Source of the DNA: Acidobacteriota bacterium | GTDB taxonomy: Bacteria; Acidobacteriota; UBA890; WLXD01 | DNA: 64,000 nt | Assembly: GCA_965205505.1 (NCBI GenBank) | Contig: CBDBHB010000008.1 | Location: 896,001 to 960,000, forward strand | Direction: 5' to 3' | Shown: piece after piece, positions 58,659-64,000 of the stretch | Layout of the letters: every line of letters begins with the position of its first letter | Numbering within the stretch: position 1 is the stretch's first letter | Translations under genes and position numbers: made by a program | The notes under the pieces: generated by a model | Database searches by the model: none | Told to the model about the DNA's origin: nothing | Seen by the model: the letters and a program-made list of their open reading frames with translations, nothing else

Positions 58659-60629
58659 TTACTGAACCGACGCAGTAGCGGCGCGCTGCGGGATCACCGG
58701 CAGGAGCAGGTGCGACGGGTACTCGGCCGAGTGGTGCACCGTCTGTCGGGCCACCTCCCACTCGCTCTCGTCGTAGTTGTTGCCACCAGTGTTCAGGTTG
58801 CGGTCGAAGCGTGGGAAGTTCGAGCTTGAGATCTCGAGGCGGATGCTATGTCCCGGAGCGAAGTAGTTACTGCTGGCGTACATATCGATGCGCAGCTTGG
58901 CGACCTCGCCCACGCTCATCCAGACCTTCCTGTCATAGCCCTCACGATAGCGAGCCCGCATGATGCCTTCCTGGATGTTGTAGGCTTTGCCGTCCGGGGT
59001 CACGTCGACGAGCTTGGCGGTGAAATCGGTGTCCTTTGCGGACGACGAGACATAGAGCACCACCTCGATCGGGCCGGTGACCTCAACACCCCTCTCGAGC
59101 ACCGGCGAGGTGTAGACCAGCACGTCGTGGCGCATCTCGGTCTCCGACTGGTCGAAGCTACCAGCACGCATCAGCCGCGTACCCAGGCAGCACCACTGGC
59201 CGCCGCGCGATGGAACCGGTGTGCCCGGGTCATAGGTGAACAGATCGGCGGGCTCATTCCGGGGCGGAGCGGTACCGAGCGTTCCTGAGCCAAAGCGACC
59301 GTTGGCACGGCCGTCGCTGTGCAGGTAGTAGGGCGTAAGCTCGGTGTTGGCAAGCGGCCACTCCCCTGCCTCGCGCCATTCGTTCGCGCCCATCATGTAG
59401 TACTGCACCTTGGCCATTTCGGTGACGCCGTTGTCGACGCCCTTTAGCCAATGGTCGAACCAGTCGAGATAGATGCGCCAGAAGTTCTTGCGCGCGTCAC
59501 CCATGTCACGCTCGCCGATGACGGTGCGCTCGGTGGCAGACTCGGAGCCGCAGTGAGTTGATGGCGAGGTGATGATGAACTGGTTGTCGCGACCACGCGC
59601 GCTCGCGGCGTTGCGGCGCAACAGGTTGAACTCGTGAAAGAGATCGCGGGCACCGTAGTCGTACCAGGAGTTGATGAACAGCGCCGGAACATCGAAGCGA
59701 TCGTCGTCCTGGAGGTAGCCGAAGTCGTCCCAGTACTCGCCCACCAGATCGGCCTCGAGCAGGTCCTCCCAGTCGGTCAACGGTCCGCCACGGGCGCTAA
59801 CCATGTCGACGATCGGCAGCGTGTTCCACGCCTCCTCGTAGTCGATCTCGGGCAGTGTCGGCCGCTGCTCGAACATGTCGGCCTGGGCCGAGGTGAACCA
59901 CTCGGAAGCGTCCATGTTGTCGGGCGGGCCGTAGTAGACCTTGTTGCCGGAGCCCCAGAACCAGCCGAAGCCATACGCGAGCTCGAGGGCACCACCCGCG
60001 AAGAGGCCGCCGTAGCGGATGCGTCCGTCAATCGCCCCATACGAGCCGCCCGAATGCTGCGGAACCATGGCGGTCAAATGGGGGTTGCGGTGCCGCGACT
60101 GCAGGATCTGCACGTCACCCAGGTACGAGCAGCCGAATGTGGCTACCTTGCCGTCGGACCACGACTGCTCAGCCAGCCAATCGACGGTGTCGTAGCCGTC
60201 GAGCCCATCGCCGTTGTACATGGCGTAGCGACCCTTGTACGACTCGTACTTGCCGCGCTTGTCTTGCACGGCGACGACGTAGCCGTGCTGCCCGAAGATG
60301 TACGGCGCGCCGCGCTCGCGACGCCAGTAGTTATTCTTGTCATACGGGGTGCGCAGCAGGATGACCGGCAGCTTGTCGCCGGCGCCTTCAGGGAAGTACA
60401 GGTCGGTCGAGAGCTCGATGCCGTCCCGCATCGGCACCATGATGCTGCGCCGTACCGAAACCTCGTATTCGCCCTCCGGCGGCATGATCCGGCCTCCCGA
60501 TCCACCCACCGCCTGCCCCTGACCGGGTTTCGCCGCGCCACTCACGGCCGCCATCGCAGCCAACGCGGCCACCGCCAGGGAGCTTCGCGCCAATAAAACA
60601 CCCACACCTCGTCTGCCGACGGTCTTCAT
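58659..60629 (-). CDS. CocE/NonD family hydrolase
   Basis: PMRDGIELSTD, RTPY, GCSYLG nucleophile, SSSNFPRFDRN; signal peptide. Confidence 0.92.
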   Translation of the reverse strand: MKTVGRRGVGVLLARSSLAVAALAAMAAVSGAAKPGQGQAVGGSGGRIMPPEGEYEVSVRRSIMVPMRDGIELSTDLYFPEGAGDKLPVILLRTPYDKNNYWRRERGAPYIFGQHGYVVAVQDKRGKYESYKGRYAMYNGDGLDGYDTVDWLAEQSWSDGKVATFGCSYLGDVQILQSRHRNPHLTAMVPQHSGGSYGAIDGRIRYGGLFAGGALELAYGFGWFWGSGNKVYYGPPDNMDASEWFTSAQADMFEQRPTLPEIDYEEAWNTLPIVDMVSARGGPLTDWEDLLEADLVGEYWDDFGYLQDDDRFDVPALFINSWYDYGARDLFHEFNLLRRNAASARGRDNQFIITSPSTHCGSESATERTVIGERDMGDARKNFWRIYLDWFDHWLKGVDNGVTEMAKVQYYMMGANEWREAGEWPLANTELTPYYLHSDGRANGRFGSGTLGTAPPRNEPADLFTYDPGTPVPSRGGQWCCLGTRLMRAGSFDQSETEMRHDVLVYTSPVLERGVEVTGPIEVVLYVSSSAKDTDFTAKLVDVTPDGKAYNIQEGIMRARYREGYDRKVWMSVGEVAKLRIDMYASSNYFAPGHSIRLEISSSNFPRFDRNLNTGGNNYDESEWEVARQTVHHSAEYPSHLLLPVIPQRAATASVQ

Positions 60630-60697
60630 CGCTGCAAACCTCCTCGGGTTGGTAACTCGCAGCACTTTGTCCTGTCGACGCCGAACGGGCAAGGTGA

Positions 60698-60800
60698 CAT
60701 CGCGATCTGAAGCCCGCCAACGTACAGGTCTTCCCCGACGGCACCGCCAAGGTGCTCGACTTCGGGCTGGGTAGGGCCTACGAAGCGGACGGCAGCGGCG
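60698..60800 (+). pseudogene. Ser/Thr protein kinase catalytic-loop relic
   Basis: HRDLKPANVQVFPDGTAKVLDFGLGRA with no start or rest of domain. Confidence 0.75.
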
Positions 60801-60875
60801 CACGCCCGTCTGGAATCCGGTCAGGCCTAGGCAAGGACGTGGTTCAGATCAGCGCCTGACTGGGGCGCCGTTCAG

Positions 60876-62042
60876 CTAACCACCCGGCGCCGCGGCCGCC
60901 TCCACCGCGCGCAACACCCGCAGACAGTTGCCGCCGGCGATCGCGCGCAGCTGGTCATCGGTGTAGCCACGACGCGCCAGCTCGACGAACAGGTCGGGAA
61001 ACTTCGAGACGTCCTCGAGGCCCTCGGGGATCTCGTCGATGCCGTCGAAGTCAGCGCCGATGCCGACATGCTCGTGGCCCATGGCGGAGCATAGGTAGTC
61101 GATATGGTCGGCCACGTCGCTGAGCGTTGCGCGCGGTGCCGGATTGTCGGCGTCCCAGGCGGCAAGCTCGCTGTCGCGTCGCTCGCGATTGTCTGGATAC
61201 CTCTCCGCCAGGCGGGCCTCGCGGCCCAGGCGATTGGCGCGGTGCTCCATCACGGTGGCCGAGACGAACCAGGGAACGAACGTTGCCATCACGATGCCGC
61301 CGGTGTCGCGGATCATCTCCAGCACGTCGTCGGGAACATTGCGCGGGTAGTCGAGGATCGCGGCCGCACCGGAGTGAGTGCAGGCCACCGGCGCCCTCGA
61401 CGCCTCGATGGTCTGCCGCATGGTGTCGGCGGAGGCGTGCGACAGATCGATCATCATGCCGAGGTCGTTCATGAGCGCCACCACCTCGCGCCCGAAATCC
61501 GTGAGGCCACCGTGCACCGGATCCAGGTGGGCGCATTCGGCCCAGTCTGTGTGGACCTGGTGCAGCAGCGTCATGTACCGGGCGCCAGCCTGGTAGGCCA
61601 GACGCAGCGCGCCGAGCGAGTTCTCGATGCCGTGGCCGCCCTCGACAGCAAACAACGAGGCGATCTTGCCTTCGGCGTGGATGCGCTCGATGTCATCGGC
61701 GCAGAAGGCCGGCTCCAAGGAGTCCGGGTAGGCCGCGACGAGCCGCCTAGCCACTTCGAGCTGCTCGAACATCACCCGCGCGGCCCCCGGGCCGGCCACG
61801 TCGTAGGGCACGTAAGCAACCCAGAACTGCGCCCCGACGCCACCGGCGCGCAGGCGCTTGAGGTCGGTATGCATCGGCGGTTCGAGGGCGCTGGTGTCCT
61901 CGAAGTCGAAGCTGTCGCGGTCGAAGCTGTTCAAGTCGTTGTCGGACCGCGCCAGGAACTGGATCGCCGTATCGTTGTGTCCCTCCACGAACGGAGATCC
62001 GGCCAGCAGTCGGAGAACGCGCTCTCGTATGTCTTCACTCAT
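60876..62042 (-). CDS. Membrane dipeptidase (M19) family protein
   Basis: EGHND, GGVGAQFW, VEGGH, MIDLSH, THSGA, RNVPDD, GIGADFDG, GGNCLRV. Confidence 0.92.
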   Translation of the reverse strand: MSEDIRERVLRLLAGSPFVEGHNDTAIQFLARSDNDLNSFDRDSFDFEDTSALEPPMHTDLKRLRAGGVGAQFWVAYVPYDVAGPGAARVMFEQLEVARRLVAAYPDSLEPAFCADDIERIHAEGKIASLFAVEGGHGIENSLGALRLAYQAGARYMTLLHQVHTDWAECAHLDPVHGGLTDFGREVVALMNDLGMMIDLSHASADTMRQTIEASRAPVACTHSGAAAILDYPRNVPDDVLEMIRDTGGIVMATFVPWFVSATVMEHRANRLGREARLAERYPDNRERRDSELAAWDADNPAPRATLSDVADHIDYLCSAMGHEHVGIGADFDGIDEIPEGLEDVSKFPDLFVELARRGYTDDQLRAIAGGNCLRVLRAVEAAAAPGG

Positions 62043-62625
62043 GGTTGGCAGCCTCCAGACGCTGCCTTCGCAACTTGCCGTCAGCGTACAAACTGAGGCC
62101 GGTGACCATCAGCACCGCCAGCGTCCCGAAGACGGTGCTGCAGAAGAACATCGGGTCGGTGACGCTCCCACTCGGCCAGCGCCCGTGCGGCCGGTACCTG
62201 GTCGAGATGCAAGCAGTCTTCGTCGCTCTCCCACTGATCATTGCCAACATCGCCCGCATGAGCCCCGACCGCACAGCGGTGGAGTTCGGCGTGGGCGCAG
62301 CGAGCCTCACCAGCACCGCCCTGCTGATCGGCGTGGCCCGGCGCATTCAGACTGTGTTGAACGAGGGCGGCATAGTGGACACAATGGTCCACGGTATCAG
62401 CCTTCCCCTTCGGGAGCTTCCGGGGGGCCGTTTTCGCCGTGGAACTGTTCTTCGTTCAGAGTCTCGCCAACTTCTTCATTCCCTCGGGAAGCGGCCAAGC
62501 CTATGTCACCGTCCCGATAATGGCACCCCTGGAACACCTCGCGCTCGTGGCCGTACTGATCGGATACGTTTGCGAACGCCCATGAAACGATTTCACGTAG
62601 ATATCACTCTCAGCGGAGTCGTTTG

Positions 62626-63972
62626 ATGGCTAGATACCGTTCTGCGCCTGTCCCTTCCGCCGAGATGCCCAGCGGTATTCCTTATATCCTCTCCAATGAA
62701 CTCGCGGAGCGGTTTAGTTTCTCTGGAATGCGAGGGATATTGGTCGTTTTCATGACGACCTATCTGATGGGACGCGAAGGCGAACTTGCCATCATGGGCG
62801 AGGACGACGCCAAGACGTACTACCATTTGTTTATCGTGGCGGTCTATTTGTTTCCGCTCGTCGGCGCGTTCATTGCCGATATGTTCCTTGGCAAATACTA
62901 CACGATTATTGCGTTTTCGCTGATCTATTGCCTGGGACACGGGGCACTCGCTCTCGACGACACCCGACTTGGGCTCTTCGCGGGACTGATCCTCATCGCG
63001 GTTGGCTCGGGTGGTATCAAACCGTGTGTCGCGGCTCATGTGGGTGACCAGTTTGGCGCAACCAATCAGCACTTGCTGTCGAAGGTATTCGGCTGGTTCT
63101 ACTTTGCCATCAATCTCGGGGCCTTAGCGTCTGCGCTTCTGACGCCACTCTTGCTGAAACACTACGGCCCTGCATGGGCCTTCGGTGTACCGGGAGCAAT
63201 GATGCTCTTGGCGACACTTTGTTTTCGGATGGGGCGAAACAAGTTTGTCCACATCCCTCCCTCGGGAACGGGTTTCGTTCGGGAAGCGATCAGTCCTCAG
63301 GCGCTTCGCGCGATTGGGAAACTGAGTATCGTATTTGGTTTCCTCATCGTGTTCTGGTCTTTAATCGATCAGACGGGATCCGCGTGGGTGCTTCAAGCGC
63401 AACACATGGACCGAGAATTCATGGGCATCGAGTGGTTACCCTCTCAGATTCAAGCGGTCAATCCTCTATTCCTGATGGTCCTAATTGTGCTGTTCAATTA
63501 CGTCTTGTACCCGGCTGTTGAGAAAGTGGTTCGTCTCACACCGCTCCGCAAGATCTCCGTGGGGCTTTTCGGGACCGCTGCGGGCTTCTCCATTCCTGTA
63601 TGGATTGAGGCGCAGATTCAGGCCGGCAACACGCCGAATATCGGTTGGCAGTTGCTATCGTATGGCCTTCTGATGGCGTCCGAAGTTCTGGTTTCAATAA
63701 CCTTTCTAGAATTCTCCTATACGCAAGCGCCAAAACAAATGAAAGCCGTGGTGAGCGCCATGTGCTATCTCACGGTTTCGGCCGGGAATATGCTTACCGC
63801 TGCGGTAAATTATCTTATTCAGAATGAGGACGGGACGTCAACACTGGAGGGTGCAAGCTACTACGCCTTCTTCACGGGAATGATGTTGGCCTCGGCCATT
63901 CTGTTTGTGTTCGTCGCCTACTTCTACAAAGAAAAGCGCTATGTCCAAGATGAAGAAGTAGGCGGTGCGTGA
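62626..63972 (+). CDS. POT/PTR2 proton-dependent oligopeptide transporter
   Basis: ELAERFSFSGMR (ExxERF), GSGGIKP, FYFAINLG, EFSYTQAP. Confidence 0.92.
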   Translation: MARYRSAPVPSAEMPSGIPYILSNELAERFSFSGMRGILVVFMTTYLMGREGELAIMGEDDAKTYYHLFIVAVYLFPLVGAFIADMFLGKYYTIIAFSLIYCLGHGALALDDTRLGLFAGLILIAVGSGGIKPCVAAHVGDQFGATNQHLLSKVFGWFYFAINLGALASALLTPLLLKHYGPAWAFGVPGAMMLLATLCFRMGRNKFVHIPPSGTGFVREAISPQALRAIGKLSIVFGFLIVFWSLIDQTGSAWVLQAQHMDREFMGIEWLPSQIQAVNPLFLMVLIVLFNYVLYPAVEKVVRLTPLRKISVGLFGTAAGFSIPVWIEAQIQAGNTPNIGWQLLSYGLLMASEVLVSITFLEFSYTQAPKQMKAVVSAMCYLTVSAGNMLTAAVNYLIQNEDGTSTLEGASYYAFFTGMMLASAILFVFVAYFYKEKRYVQDEEVGGA

Positions 63973-64000
63973 TCGTCTCGTTCTTCTTGTCCTTGGAAGG

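Noticed and set aside
62035-62400. Short hydrophobic ORFs on both strands
   Set aside because: They look like remnants of membrane protein genes; no supportable start or family.
1-64000. Many long overlapping or antisense ORFs in the track
   Set aside because: Arg/Pro/Ala-rich shadow frames expected in high-GC DNA over well-supported genes.

Overview
GC-rich bacterial window, probably Acidobacteriota (inferred from the VWA, PEGA and Ser/Thr kinase-TPR gene types). The first ~35 kb is mostly core: futalosine-pathway menaquinone genes, TolC, OmpA, lspA-lgt-rluD, an EF-G paralogue, menG, erpA, a PP2C/NHL/PEGA operon, an Rrf2-led suf operon, a Tat-signal racemase and tRNA-Val(CAC). Downstream of the tRNA is a ~29 kb mosaic accessory region with integrase and IS relics, nested IS3 elements, two Tat-exported SpdH-like flavoproteins, a chimeric Tat-YncE gene and an exported ureohydrolase pair in which one member lacks catalytic residues. 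The most striking signals are: (1) an IS1111-type IS110 element whose downstream non-coding region contains bridge-RNA-like loops matching both its own ends and the terminus of a CTAG-targeting MITE family present several times here; (2) the pseudo-enzyme/active ureohydrolase pair beside HupE/UreJ; (3) a signal-peptide module grafted onto a foreign AT-rich gene. Many frameshifts may be sequencing indels. All calls are from reading the sequence by eye; no searches were run.
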